Source: Octopus vulgaris
Lineage: Eukaryota
DNA length: 64,000 bases
NCBI GenBank assembly: GCA_951406725.2
Contig: OX597825.1
Coordinates: forward strand, 1,302,001 to 1,366,000
Direction: 5' to 3'
Under the pieces are notes generated by a model, which was not told the DNA's origin, did no database searches, and saw only the letters and a list, made by a program, of their open reading frames with translations. Numbering within the stretch: position 1 is the first letter of the stretch; every line of letters begins with the position of its first letter. Made by a program: the position numbers and the translations under genes. Shown here one piece after another: positions 25,789 to 39,259 of this stretch.

Positions 25789-26723
25789 TTCATATTTTTA
25801 AGCAGAAATTGCTGATAGTGACTTTGAAGTTTTGACTCAGTTACCTTCTTCCGACTGTCAGGCTGTCTGATACTCTAAAGATTCTGCGTAAATGTGTTTC
25901 TTAGATATGTTATATAATCCCGACTGTAATGTGCTATCAGGCATTTTAAGAACCTCCCTGAAACCTTCTGATAACTCCTTTTGATGCATATCATGATAGA
26001 TTTCACTTTACGTTAAGAAGTTTTAATAATTAAATTCTAAATTGTAAAATTTACAAGTTTACATGCTGTGAGTAGCAGTTGGTTTGTGATGTTTGAAGGA
26101 AGCCTTATGTTCGTTAGAAGGCTGTGAACGAAATTAAGAAATGTAAATATAAAAGGTGAATACTCTTGATGGTGTCACTTACCATAAATGATTAGGTTTC
26201 TTTGACTCTCTTTTTTCCCCCCCTAAATATCTCTTAAGCAGAACAAATTTATTATTCCTTTGTTTCACAAGGTAGTTAAGAAAGTGGCTTAAGAAGTTAT
26301 ATAAGGATTTCAAAGCTTTCAACACTGTTGTCTATTACTAACACATGATGCTGAATGTGTTTAAGAGGACTGGACATCTCATTTTTTGCCTCGTCCAGCA
26401 TTGCTAAACATTGCCCAACGCTCACATGAGTGGAGAAACTAGCCACGAAATGTAAATGCTGAATTATATTGGATTTAGAAAGTCTTTTTTTCTTTACCTT
26501 TTTATGTCATGCATTTGTGACCAAATGCATTAGCTCTGGGCTTCCATTGAGCCTATCACTGGATGACAGCATCTCTGATGGAGAGAGTAACAAGTGATGT
26601 TTGTGCAGTCGACATTTCAAAACCCTTTCTTAAAACATTTATCACTCACTGAGTTTGCATTTCGTCTGATGTCACTGCAGCCCATTTGAACTTCTCTGAC
26701 TATTGCAGCAGTACTTTGTGTTT

Positions 26724-26765
<42 letters not shown>

Positions 26766-27246
26766 GAGAGAGAGAGAGCTAAACTAGAGCAGGGGTTCAA
26801 CAGAAATTCTTGCTTTGCAATAATGAGAAGCAACATTCAATCCTACAGTGCTGTACCTTAAACAAATGCCTTCTTCCACAACCGCATCAGCAAAACTTAT
26901 TCTGACAGTCTTTGGAAACTTGTTTCAAATTCTAATAGTCTTAAGAGAAAGCTACCCAAAGTAATGGCAATAGTGAAGGGTCTGCTTAGAGATTGAGCTC
27001 AGATACCAATGTATGGGTCTTAGTACATTAATTTCATTATAATGTTTTACTTTTTGAACCAAATGCCTTAAGCTGCTGATCTGAATATTAAAATATTGAT
27101 TTTATGGGTTAAAAGGCATTTCTTAAAATGCATTAACTTAACTGTTGACCTAACTTTCTGGGTGTCAGTGTTAATTGTAGATTTTTTAAATATTTGTCTC
27201 ATATATAGTTTGGTTTTAGATATGAATTATAATATTTTAATGGGTT

Positions 27247-27750
27247 GGCACAGGTGTGGCTGTGTGGTAAGAAGCTTGCTTCCCAAACACATGGTTCTGG
27301 GTTTAGTCCCGTAGTGTGGCACCTTAGGCAAGTGTTTTCTACTATAGCCTTGGGTCAACCAAAGCTTTGTGAGTGGATTTGGCAGACAGAGACTGAAAGA
27401 AGCCCATCATATATATATATATATAGACTTTCTCACCTTCCCAAGTGTCAAACTAATACACCTGCTTGTTATTTATACAGGTGTCTTCATCTTTCATTTT
27501 TCTGTAAATTTCAACTATATATATATGTGTGTGTGTGTGTATTTTTCTGTCTGTGTTTGTCCCTCCCTACCACTGCTTGACGACCAATGTTGGAGTGTTT
27601 GCAGCCCAAAACTTAGCAGTTCAATAAAAGAAACTGATAGAATAAATACCAGGCTTAAAAAATAAGTACTGGGGTCGATTCATTTGACTAAACGTTCAAG
27701 TCGATGCCCCAGCATGGCCACAGTCTAATGATTGAAACAAGTAGAGTATA
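27247..27750 (+). mobile_element. Near full-length tRNA-derived CORE-type SINE with a nested insert in its central microsatellite
   Basis: Has A/B boxes, the CORE-like block and tail AATAAGTACTGGGGTCGATT...GCCCCAGCATGGCCACAGTC...GAAACAAGTA. The 27426-27516 insert resembles the 3' half of the 46143-46344 family. Confidence 0.82.
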
Positions 27751-28737
27751 GAAGGTATAGTTTAATTTTAGAACCAAGTTATAAACATTTCAATCGGTTG
27801 TATAGGATTTCATACAGATAGTAATATTTATTCCTGTTGCAGAGGCTTGCGGATACGTTACAATATTGGAATAGAATATAAAGATTTTAATTTTTCTAAT
27901 ATAAATATGGTCTTATCTAATCCTTATCTATTCTCAAACTATTTCTGGTCCTTAAGAAAAATATTTAACATAATCCGTAAGACTATAAAACTGATGTAAA
28001 AGATAAATTTAAAAGGAATGAAACCAACAGACTGTGGAAAGATTTCTAATGAAACTGAATGCTGAAATGAATTATCCCATAATTTATAACTTTTATATTC
28101 ATTTTGCTATCAGTAAACAGTTGCATTACTGATTATAGGCTTTCAATGGGCCAATCGTAACAGTGACAACAACAAGAGAAATATGCACAATTCTATGTAG
28201 AACAAATGGTCTCAAGGACATTTTCAAAAGAGTCCAAATAATTCCCTATTCTTATACAAAATGTTTAAATAAATCAACAACGAGAAGCCACAGTTGATCC
28301 TACTGTGCTGTCCCTTGAACAAATGCCTTCCTCTATAACCTTGTCAAAAAAAGCTTTTGTCAGTCTCTGAAAATTGTGTATGATTCAATAAGAGTTCAGT
28401 GACAACATAGTTATTAAGACTTTTAGCCCCAGGCTGACTTTTACACAATAAACAAACTATCAGTTTATTTGACAATACTTATATCCTTAAGAAACATGCA
28501 ATAGTGGAAGATATTGGTTAACACACACACACGCATGTATATACATACAAACATACACACACAGTTATATACAGTAATGTTGCAAATGTTTAACATATAT
28601 GGGTGCATGAACATTACTTGCCATTGCACACCATACAAAATGGAAACAGGCATATTTTTGTATCATCAAAACTATTGTAGCTTTGCTGTGATACCCATTC
28701 AATGAAGTGTATAAATTGTTAAATTCTGCATTATATA

Positions 28738-28912
28738 AAGGTGGAGGAGGAGATTGGGAGGGCTGGTTTGAACAAGGAGGATGCCCCAAACCAGGCAAGA
28801 TGGCCAGATGGTGTGAGGGTGGTGGCTATGGCATTGAGGTAGATCCGGCCACCCCCATTAACGGAGACAAAACCCTGATTGAAAACACTAGATGATGACA
28901 ATGATGATGATA
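28738..28912 (+). mobile_element. Extreme 3' end of a second RTE-type LINE lineage
   Basis: [34 protein letters not shown] followed by a short UTR and GATGATGACAATGATGATG. The RTE-like C-terminus has a different UTR from the main family. Confidence 0.6.
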
Positions 28913-29170
28913 TGCATACATACATACATACAATACATACATATATACATACATATATATATACACATATACACACACAAATATATATATGTATATATAC
29001 ACATATGTATATATACATATATGTATATAAACATATATATATATACACATATATATATATACATATATATATACATATATGTACATATATATATACATAT
29101 ATATATACATATGTATATATATATATACATATACATACACACAAACACACACACACACACATATATATAT
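28912..29170. repeat. Compound (TA)/(CA)/(TACA) microsatellite
   Basis: Directly visible; source of several spurious ORFs. Confidence 0.95.
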
Positions 29171-29403
29171 AATGGAGAAATTATATAGAATGTATAAACA
29201 GATGATGAGTAAAGCATTGGCACAGTTTCAACCTGTTCTGGGTCTCTTTGAGTACATCAATAAAAAGTCAGACTAGAGATTTTCTGAGTCGGCTTACGCA
29301 CTGCTATATGTCCATCAATACCTGAAGAGATCCAGAACGGGTCGAAACATGTCATACCCAATAAAATCTATTAGTCATTGCCTCTATTTTATTAATACTG
29401 TTT
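29171..29403. mobile_element. Palindromic non-autonomous Penelope-like element between (TA)n tracts
   Basis: Arms 29219-29254 and 29319-29354 are imperfect inverted repeats of a hammerhead motif. AATAAA at 29360; (TA)n on both sides. Confidence 0.6.
29319..29356 (+). ncRNA. Minimal type-I hammerhead ribozyme motif
   Basis: TAC-CTGAAGA-GATCC-AGAAC-GGGTC-GAAA-CATG-TC-ATA. Intact CUGANGA/GAAA core, 5-bp stem II, palindromic ACATGT stem III and GUC cleavage triplet (after 29353). Stem I has one mismatch consistent with CpG decay. Confidence 0.65.
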
Positions 29404-29833
29404 ATATATATATATATATATATATATAGCTTCATCATCATTTAATGTTGCTTTTCCACACTGGCATGGTCCGACAGGACTTGACTGCTCTGAGGGCTCA
29501 GTGTCTACTTTGGCAAGGTTTCTATGACTGGATGTCCTTTCTAATACCTATCACTTTATGAAGTGCACCAGCACTAGTGAGGTCAGCAAGAAACTCACAA
29601 GACATGATCTCTTCCCAGAGAGGGCGGTGTGCAGTATTGAGGGAAATGGCTTTGTGTCAGGAGTAGATGAGTTAAAGAAAGAAAGAGGGACAGGAATGTG
29701 TGTTTTGCAGATATTTTTTATTCCATAAATGTGATAGCTTTGCTATGAAGGTCCATTCAGTGAAATGTATAAGTAACTGAATTCTGTAAAATACACACAC
29801 ACACAAACAAGCTACCAACAGTTTCAAACAACA

Positions 29834-29980
29834 TAATTCTACTCACAAGGTAATGGTTAACCTGGGGTTATATCAGAGAACTAAAGCCCTATGTTGGTGA
29901 GGTACTGTGCAGTGGGATGAAGCCATGTCTTTGTGAAACAAACTTCTTTACAACACGGCCATACCTACCTCCATATGTCC
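29834..29980 (-). repeat. SINE-derived arm of an inverted duplication (partner 34165-34313)
   Basis: About 90% identical by eye to the reverse complement of 34165-34313. Confidence 0.9.
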
Positions 29981-31552
29981 AACTTCTAATAGTTTTTCTG
30001 ATTTCCAAATGAAATGATGTAAACTCTTAAAGCAAACTAATCACCCTCTAGTTGCAACCCATTCTTTGGATATGTAGTTGTATGGATGATTTATGACTGA
30101 AACATTTGCAGGAATGGAGGAACATTAGCTGAAAACTAGGTTATATAACTTCAATATCATTGTAATTCAATTTTCTTAGAGTGTGAGTACATGTGTGTGT
30201 GTGCATGTATATTCTATTATATATATGCATATATGTTTGTATTTGTGTGCATATTTAGAGAGAGAGAGAGAAAGAGAGAGAGATATTGGGGCAAAGAGAG
30301 AGATGTAGAGTAAAGAGATTAAACGAGATATCTTAATAGTCTTGAGAAATACAAGAAGAATAAGTGAAGCAGTTAAACGAAATACATTGGTTGCAAATTC
30401 TGGGAATAGAAAGAGTTATATATAGAAAATTATGAAATTCCATTTTAGATCACTGAATATGGTCTTCTGAGTTACATGTCCAAATATATCGATAAATTAT
30501 TACAGGAAATATAATCCTGTCCAGTATTTTCAGCACTGACCCTACACAATCTACATGCTGGATATTTACAGAAGAAATATTGTCTGAATTAGGAATTATT
30601 GATATTATGCAAACACAGTCACTGCTAGCTTCAATTGATTCATTCTTAATAGTTTAGTTTTCATCCTGCTTAGGTTGTCTTTGCCTCTTGACCTTCCAAG
30701 GTCAATAAAATAAGTACCAGCTAAACTACTGGGGTACATTTAATTGTTTGAAACCTCCTTGCTATACATTTTGATTTTGTGCTTGAGTTCAATGTTTTTA
30801 GTTTTTATATTTTTAAATGTTTCTGTTTGTTATTCATTCATTTTTATCAAAACAGCATATTTTATTTATACAGCAAATTAATTAAATTATGCCTTCCTAA
30901 TATTCTAAATTTATTTCCATTTAATATTTGTAAAAATTTACAATAGTGAATATTTATTATAGAAACTGGAAAAAATGTTTTCATTAACAACCCCATTTCA
31001 TATTTAATTTCTATTTAATAAATATGTGTCTGTGTTTATGTATACACGTGTGCTTACATTTATATTGTCATCATCATCATCATCACCATTTGCATCCCCT
31101 TTTCCACACTTGCATGCTTCAGATGGGATTTGTTGAGGCTGGTTTTCTACACTTGTATTTTCTATGGCCCTTCTTGTCACCAACTCTCACCTCTTTCCAA
31201 GTAAGGTAATATTACCCAGGGTCAGATATATTCTTCATGGAAGACTAGAAACAAACAACATTGCTTGAATGATTCTGATGTACATGTGTGTGTGTTTACA
31301 TTGATACTTGTCTGAAAATCACTTGGCTATGGGTGGTGACATTGTTGACAGTTCCCCTGTCAACAAGCTGTCCCATAGACTTCGCACCGTCAAAGACATG
31401 AGGAATAAGATATTCCTTACATGAAAAACAGGTAACGAATGGTGACAGGAAGGACATTTGGGTGTTAAACAAGGCCTGAATAATATTTTGTCTAACTCAC
31501 ACAAGCATGAAAACTGGATGCAAAGTTGAATCAACACATGTTCTCCCCATCA

Positions 31553-31604
<52 letters not shown>

Positions 31605-31607
<3 letters not shown>

Positions 31608-32152
31608 TCATCATCATCATCGTTTAGCGTCCGCTTTCCATGCTAGCATGGGTTGGACGATTTGACTGAGGGCTGGCAAACCAGATGGTTGCACCAGGCT
31701 CCAATCTTGATCTGGCAGAGTTTCTACAGCTGGATGCCCTTCCTTACACAAACCACTCCGAGAGTGTAGTGGGTGCTTTTACGTGCCACTGGCATGGGGC
31801 CAGTCAGGCGGTACTGGTAACGACCTCGCTCGAATCTTTTTACACATGCCAGTAAGGTGATGCTGGTAACGATCACGTTCGAATGGTGCCTTTTATGTGC
31901 CATCAGCAGTGAAGCCAGTTAGCTGCTCTGTCAATGATTACACTCGGATGGTGCTCTTAGCACCCCACTTGCACGGGGCACGAGTGCCAGTAAGGTGATG
32001 CTGGTAACGATCACACTCGAATAGTGCCTTTTATGTGCCACCAGCACGGAAGCCAGTTAGCCGCTTTGTCAATGATCACGCTTGGATGGTACTCTTAGTG
32101 CTCCTCTAGCACGGATGCCAGTCATTGAATTTGATTTCGATTTCACTTGCCT
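31605..32152 (-). mobile_element. RTE LINE 3' UTR with expanded internal tandem repeats
   Basis: (CAT)n tail, then CGTTTAGCGTCCGCTTTCCATGCTAGCATGGGTTGGACG... A ~139-bp unit is duplicated at ~31848 and ~31987. Confidence 0.88.
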
Positions 32153-32200
32153 CATATATATATGTTAGCATGGAAAACGGACACTAAATGATGATGATGA

Positions 32201-32277
<77 letters not shown>

Positions 32278-34164
32278 CTTGGCATGTATGTGTTTATCAT
32301 TTTTTATATTAACCAGTGAAATGAGGAGATAGTAGTGACTGTGTCCTGAGTAGATTTTCCCAGGCAATTATGAATTTAATTCATGAAGCTGACGTTCAGT
32401 TTGAGATTTCAATGCCCTTAAGGAAAATGTGAGTAGGGATAGATTTCCACTGAACAGTGGTTGTTGTGAGGAATGGTTGGATAAACATGTTCATTCTGAT
32501 ACCAGTGGGGTGAGACATTTTAAGGGTGACAAGGTAAACAGAGCAGTGGATGGTCCAGGGTGAAAGGGGTGTGCTGCTTTCGAATACTAAAGAGCAGAGA
32601 TTATTGTAATATTAGTAATTGTTGTTTCTTTGGAGCCCAGGTCAATTCCAACACAGCTGACCAATGATCAAAGATGTTCCAACCATGACCATATAATCTT
32701 TTATTCAAACATACTGAATCCTGCAGATGAATGATTTTCAGAAAACCACCAATATAAACACACGTTCATGCATGCACACACAAGCACATCTTTTAGTCTC
32801 CATCAATTCCTTGTTCAGTCCAGCTGTAGAGTAGAAGAAACTTGCCCAACATATATGCATGTATATATATGGTATCATCACCATTACCACTGTCTTTTTA
32901 TCAGGTTATGGTGGGTACAAAGCGAGGCAGTTTTGGCTGCTATTTATAACATATCAACTATCTGAGTAGAGTATTTTCTTTCGGTTCATATTGTGTGAGA
33001 AGGCAGTTATACTGCAAAAGATCTTTCATAGAAACTGCACCATATTTTTCATCAAAGTTAATTTAATCAAATTTTATAGATAAAAAACTTCCAAATCGCT
33101 GAAATTTATTGCCAATCAAATTTAAAAACTAAAGTCACTAAGAAGAATTATAAAGCAAACCAACGCTAATAAAAGAAGAATGGTGTTCAATAAAATGAAA
33201 TACAAAATAACAATATTTGAAACTTAGTACTAAAAAGAATTTTATCTATAGCTTACTAGTTGTTCTTTTTTTAAATCAAATTTTATTATTTAATACTTTA
33301 TTTTAAAAAGAAAAAAAAATTCCAATCTAAAAAATAACTAAGGTTGTAATATATTGAAACTGTCACTATGTGTGTGTGTGTTTATATAGAATGCTGACAT
33401 TTCAAAATATATTTTACAAATGTAGTTATAAAGAAATTTTCTGGAAAATAAAATAAAATCTAAAACAAACAGCCATGCCAAGTCAATGCTTTTCTTGATG
33501 CTATTGCAATACAGATAAGAAAAATACTTAATTTCCAAAGTTAAAAATTTATGGTCAGAGATGAGTCGATGAAGGAGTCTCTATGTGTTCACTAGAAATA
33601 GAAGCCTAATATCCCTCATCTTCACCCACCTCTTTTAAAAAATAGGACAGACACATGAGCTATTTTGGACCAAGATGCATCATCTAAAAATATGGTTTGC
33701 AGAAGAATTAGTTTGATAAGTGTTAACTCCTTGGGCTGACTTGGACCTAAACATCAATAATAAAACAGCAATATATTGGACAGATCAAAGTCACTTTTCA
33801 ATCGGTCGTAACACTGAGGAGGCTGCATGTTTCCAGTCTTCAAGAGGATACAGCTTCATTAGCAAATGTCTTATAAGTTAACTGTTAAATTTTTTATAGT
33901 TTAGCCAGAGATGGAAGGAAAACTATTTATGGAATGGCAAAATTTAGAGAGAGCAAAATTGGAGGTGGAAAACATAATCATAACTGATGCAATAGGAAAC
34001 AAAATATTAAAATATTGACCGATTCTCAGACTGGAAACCTGTATTGTATGCTTGCATGAGAATACATGGCCCCACCCCACAACCCTTAGCATTAAAATTA
34101 CTCTCTCACATGCAATGCTTGTTTATTCAAATTAAGGTTTTGATACGATTGTTTATATTGAGAA

Positions 34165-34313
34165 GGACATTGTGGGGTAGGTGTATGGCTGTGTTGTGAA
34201 GCAATTTGTTTCACAAAGACATGGCTTCATCCCACTGCACAGTACTGCACCAACATAGGGCTTTACTCCTCTGATATAACCCCAGGTTAACCATTGCCTT
34301 GTGAGTGGAATTA
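34165..34313 (+). repeat. SINE-derived arm of an inverted duplication (partner 29834-29980)
   Basis: Shares private variants with 29834-29980 that are absent from other SINE copies in this window. Confidence 0.9.
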
Positions 34314-36618
34314 AGGTCTGCTATCAGCTGTAGTTTAATAAGATTCTGTTGTTTCTTTCTCTCCAATTTCATTTGCAGTGCTTCATCTGATCAGAATTGT
34401 GGCTGAAGACAACTAACGTACAGTGTTATATGTTGCATGAAAGACTCTTTCATTCCTTGTTCCATGTACCTCAGTTATAAAGAGTATTTTCACTGCCACA
34501 TGTTAATAATCATTGCCCAGTTTTGTCACTACCGAGGAGGATTATTTGAGAATAATGCCTGAGCTCAAGGTCTTATGTCTTCCAGGTGTATGTGAGACAA
34601 TGATTTTATTAGTCAAAGGATAAATAATTCATCAATCTCACTGTCATCGTCTTTGCTCGAAAGAAGTCTTCTACATGACCATAGCAGCTACAGATGTAAC
34701 AACTGGAAATTATGCCCTCTGTCTACTATGCTGACTATGTTTGAAACACAAATAGAAGTTCAGGTGTCATCACTGACTCTCAAAGGAAATCAGGCAAGCC
34801 AATAAGGGAGATTCTATACAGTCATTCGACTTACTAGAAATAGCAGCCAATCACCTCCAAATCATACCCTACTGTCTTAAAAAATAGGTGGGTGGAATTA
34901 GGAGTCCTATTCTGCCTAAAAGCAGAATATTTGTTGCTGGAAATGCCTTTGATCTATTCAACTAGGGTTAACCTGTAGGTTAAACAATAGCACCACCACC
35001 ACCACCACCACCACCAGCAAAGTCGTCTACAATGGTTCTAGATATTCATTTGTGAAGTAGCTTTAGCTATGCCTACAACTATGTCAAACACAAAATTAGA
35101 TTTACCTATTCATTGCAAAACAACAAAGTCTTCTTGCAACCACCTCATGTACTATAAACTTTGAAAATTTAGATTTGTTTTGAATGGGATTCCACGGTGA
35201 ATGTAGGTGATTGGCACTCCCTTTTCCCTCGTTTTTATTCCCTACACCTCAGAGTGTTATGATGCTGACACTGCTAGCTAATTCTTTAATATTTTTTCTT
35301 TTTAATATACATAATTTTGTTTGAAATATAAATTCTAAACAAGTTGTTGTGGCATAATTCTTATACAAATAAAAATAAATGCTTTGTTATGCATTGAATG
35401 TTTTTGTGGTGTGAGATTTTCCTTAATCAATAAAACAGATATAATTTTATTTTTGTTAGAATTGTATTGTCCTGACTTCTCAAAATATAATTCAAACATT
35501 TTTTTCTTTTTTTTTTTTTCTAATGTCTTGAAAAACTAAAATAATGGATAAAGGAAAGTCTGCTACACATGAAACAACAAAGAAATTCTATAACTTCAGT
35601 AAAAAAACAAAAACAAAAAAGTAAAAGTTATAAAAAAAAAGGAAAAAAACGGTTTTCACTTGTATTAAAATTAATTAGCCTGGTGTGAACAATAGTAATG
35701 GAAACTTGCAAAATAGTCCCAGTATGATTAACAAGCATTTACTATGGTGAAAGCATCGGTATTATGTAAAGAAAGGAATAATTTTTATTCAAAGTACAAT
35801 AAGAATTGTCTGAGATACATTAAAAAATTAATGACCATTGTATAGCATGACAAAGTGTTTGCAACTTGGATCATTATTCAATCTTCTGGTACTACAAAGT
35901 CAAGAATTTCAAAGATCAAATAGAGACAAAAATACTTTTAAAAAATGTGTGAAAAAAAAATCATGAAAAAATAAAACAAAATAAAAATAAAAATCTGACG
36001 TCACTGATACCGATTTTCTTTCGGTGGCTAATGTGGAGATTTGATCATCCATAGCCTCAGAAAACCATAGGTGCAGAGCAAGTGACACAACCTCCCCTCA
36101 TCTTTTCCAGTCATCAGTCAATCTCTTTTTTTTTTAACCATTTTCCTCTCTATCCATTCCTTGATGTTGTTCAACCATCCCTTTGTAGTTATTTTTGTTT
36201 TGTGTCTTCTATATCTCTTTCCAGGGGTTTGTCCATGCATAACCATATTTGCTTGAACTCGGGTGTCAGGGTATCAAGTTACATTACCAAACAACTTCAT
36301 TTTCCACTTTTTAGCAATTGACAAAAAAGAGAAAAAGTTCATGATTCACAGTCTGATGAATAATTTATTTCTTAACACTCTTTAGTCAGATATTCAGTTT
36401 AGGAATTGTAAAAGATTTTTCTACAATATTTCATTTAAAAAACTAGTTATTTTCTCACTTTCAGTGTGTGGCACTTATGTGAAAACTCCACCTGTAGCAC
36501 TACATATAATTTTATTTACCTAGATATATTGAGGGTAACTAATTTTTTTATACCAATTGCTATGGTATGTCAGTATTTCTTTACAATTTGAATGGAACAT
36601 TATTTTTTGAAATAGATA

Positions 36619-36892
36619 CCAGCACCACCCTGACAGGCTTCCGTGCCAGTGGCATGTAAAAAGCACCAACCAATTGTGGCCATTGCCAGCCTCCCCTGGC
36701 ACTTGTGCTGATGGCATATAAAAGCACCCACTACACTCATGGAGTGGTTGGTATTAGGAAGGGCATCCAGCTGTAGAAACACTGCCAGATCAGACTGGAG
36801 CCTGGCGCAGCCTCCTGGCTTCCCAGACCCCGGTCAAACCATCCAACCCATGCTAGCATGGGAAACAAACGTTAAACAATGATGATGATGAT
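36619..36892 (+). mobile_element. RTE LINE 3' UTR fragment with (GAT)n tail
   Basis: Two AAAAGCACC units, GGAAGGGCATCCAGCTGTAGAAAC, and GTTAAACAATGATGATGATG. Confidence 0.88.
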
Positions 36893-38433
36893 ATGTTGCT
36901 GTTTAGGGCAAAGTCATAATTAACTGAGCAACATATGACCAAAAGCTTTCTGTCTTTTCTGAAGACCCAGGATTAGATTTCCAAATGTATCTTGCCTTTA
37001 TAAAGGTCGTGAATGGATGGAATTTGCCTGCCATTTCTGGCAGATACAGCAATAACATAGAAACCCTCTTGAATTATAATAATCTGTTGTTACTGTCAGA
37101 AGCATCTTCGTTAAGATAAATAATGGTTACAAAATGCTGATGAGCAATTCAGAAAATAAGGAATCGACCCAGCAAGCATTTTAGAGTATCAAGATGGCAT
37201 TGAATAAATTGAAAATAATCCCAGATATTGAAAAAAATATCAAAATTCCATGAAGGAATGATTCAGTCAATGGCAACAAAGTGTTTAAAGAAGAAAAATT
37301 ATTGTTTTAACCGTTGAAAATTTATCCTCATTTGCTCATACATTTATCGCTGTTTCCATTGGCCAGAATATAACATTTATTCTAATTACAATCTTCTAAT
37401 GTTCTTGTTTAATAGGCTTAACAACTTAGATTTTTTTAAATGTTGTACTTATTTCAGTCGTTGGATTGCAGCTATGCTGGGGCTCCGCCATGAAGAGTTT
37501 AGTTGAATAAATCTTTAGTGGTTGTCATATGTGTGTGTGTGTGTGTGGGGGGCACAAACTCAAATGTAAACACATGCATACCTATGTACACACACACAAT
37601 GGGCTTCCACACAGTTTCCAATTACCAAACTCACTAACAAACATTGGACCACCTAGGCTACAGTAGAAGATACTTGCCTAAGGTGCTGTACTGTGGGATT
37701 GAACCAAGTGGTTAGCCTCTGGCTCACCAGTCCTCAGTCAAACCGTCCAACCCATGCCAGTATGGAAAGCAGACGTTAAACAATGATGATGGTGATGATG
37801 ATGTCCAGGACAAAGGATTCATATTGAGGTAAACTTTTCAATCAAAATCTCACTGTAACAAGAATGTTACAAAAGATTCCAATTGGTTGAAACCAAAATA
37901 ATATATCAATATAACAAAATTAGAGATATTTTGCAAATCTCAAAAGTTTTGAAAATGTAAATTAATTGAACCACGTAAGCAGATTATTGAAGAAACTTCC
38001 TCAAGATTTATTTCCTCTTATTTAATAATTTCATGCAGCCTATCTTTATGGATGTTATGACCTACATGAGTTTCCATTGCAGAAAGTATGGGCGGTGGCA
38101 CATGCAACTGGGCACGATTTCCGGTACAACTTCTTCAGGGCCTGTTTCTTTGGCTAGTTTTGAAGTGAACTGAATACAGTTAGTTGTTTGTTAGTTAGGG
38201 TTCAGGGAGAAGTAAGGGGGAGGCTGTTTTGAAACTGAAATGGGGTCTGTTTGTAAACTTGTGTGGCTTACCTCTGTTTCACACCAGTTGCTGTCTAAAG
38301 TCAGGGTTCTATCTAACAGTGGAAACACAATGTTATGACATCCAGAAATATATGAAGTTTGAAATTACAAAAGAAGAGGAAATAAATCTTCAAGATGAAC
38401 AAGTCTCCATATTCTATATCATTATAATTATTG

Positions 38434-38472
<39 letters not shown>

Positions 38473-38625
38473 AAAATATTATTAGAGACAAAACCACTAT
38501 TTTGCAAAACAAACAAGGAAAGACTTAATCAATACATAAAATTTTAATAAATAGTCAAAAAAACCGCCACTACAATTGTTTCTTGAATTATATTATATTA
38601 TATTATATTATATTCTTGTATTATA

Positions 38626-38688
<63 letters not shown>

Positions 38689-38858
38689 ATATATATGTAT
38701 ATATATATATGTATATATATATATATGTTGGTGCAAGCATGGCTGTATGGGAAGATTTGGTATGTGTGTGTGTGTGTGTGTCGCCTTTTCTTAACATTGT
38801 GTGATAGTTGTAAATGATTGTCACTGTCATACAAGCAGTGTCATCCAGTCCCAATATT

Positions 38859-39259
38859 CTTATTTCTTTATTGCCCACAAGGGGCTAAACATAGAGGAGA
38901 CAAACAAGGACAGATAAAGGGATTAAGTCGATTACATCGACCCCAGTGCATAACTGGTACTTAATTTATCGATCCCGAAAGGATGAAAGGTAAAGTTCGA
39001 AATTTGAACTCAGAATGTGACGGCAGACAAAATACCTATTTCTTTACTACCCACAAGGGGCTACACACAGAGGGGACAAACAAGGACAGACAAATGGATT
39101 AAGTTGATTATATCGACCTCAATGCGTAACTGGTACTTAATTTATCGACTCCGAAAGGATGAAAGGCAAAGTTGACCTCGGCGGAATTTGAACTCAGAAC
39201 GTAGCGGCAGACGAAATACCGCTAAGCATTTCGTCCGGCATACTAACGTTTCTGCCAGC
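38859..39259 (-). mobile_element. Head-to-tail dimer of the Deu/Nin-like SINE, inserted in an RTE-tailed repeat
   Basis: Units at 39259-39036 and 39035-38859 are flanked by a single TCCCAATATT duplication (38849-38858 / 39260-39269). The host repeat continues to the (GAT)n tail at ~39430. Confidence 0.85.

Noticed and set aside
25840-26720. Very old CR1/Jockey-like LINE remnants (VDISKPF near 26605; similar hints at ~2000, ~6100, ~9920, ~34720, ~48690)
   Set aside because: Only isolated short motifs are visible; boundaries and family cannot be supported without a profile search.
26835-28390. Direct repeat pair (~26835-26935 and ~28290-28390) suggesting duplicated exons
   Set aside because: Both align with the CORE-type SINE head/core and lack a shared clean reading frame, so they are old SINE copies.
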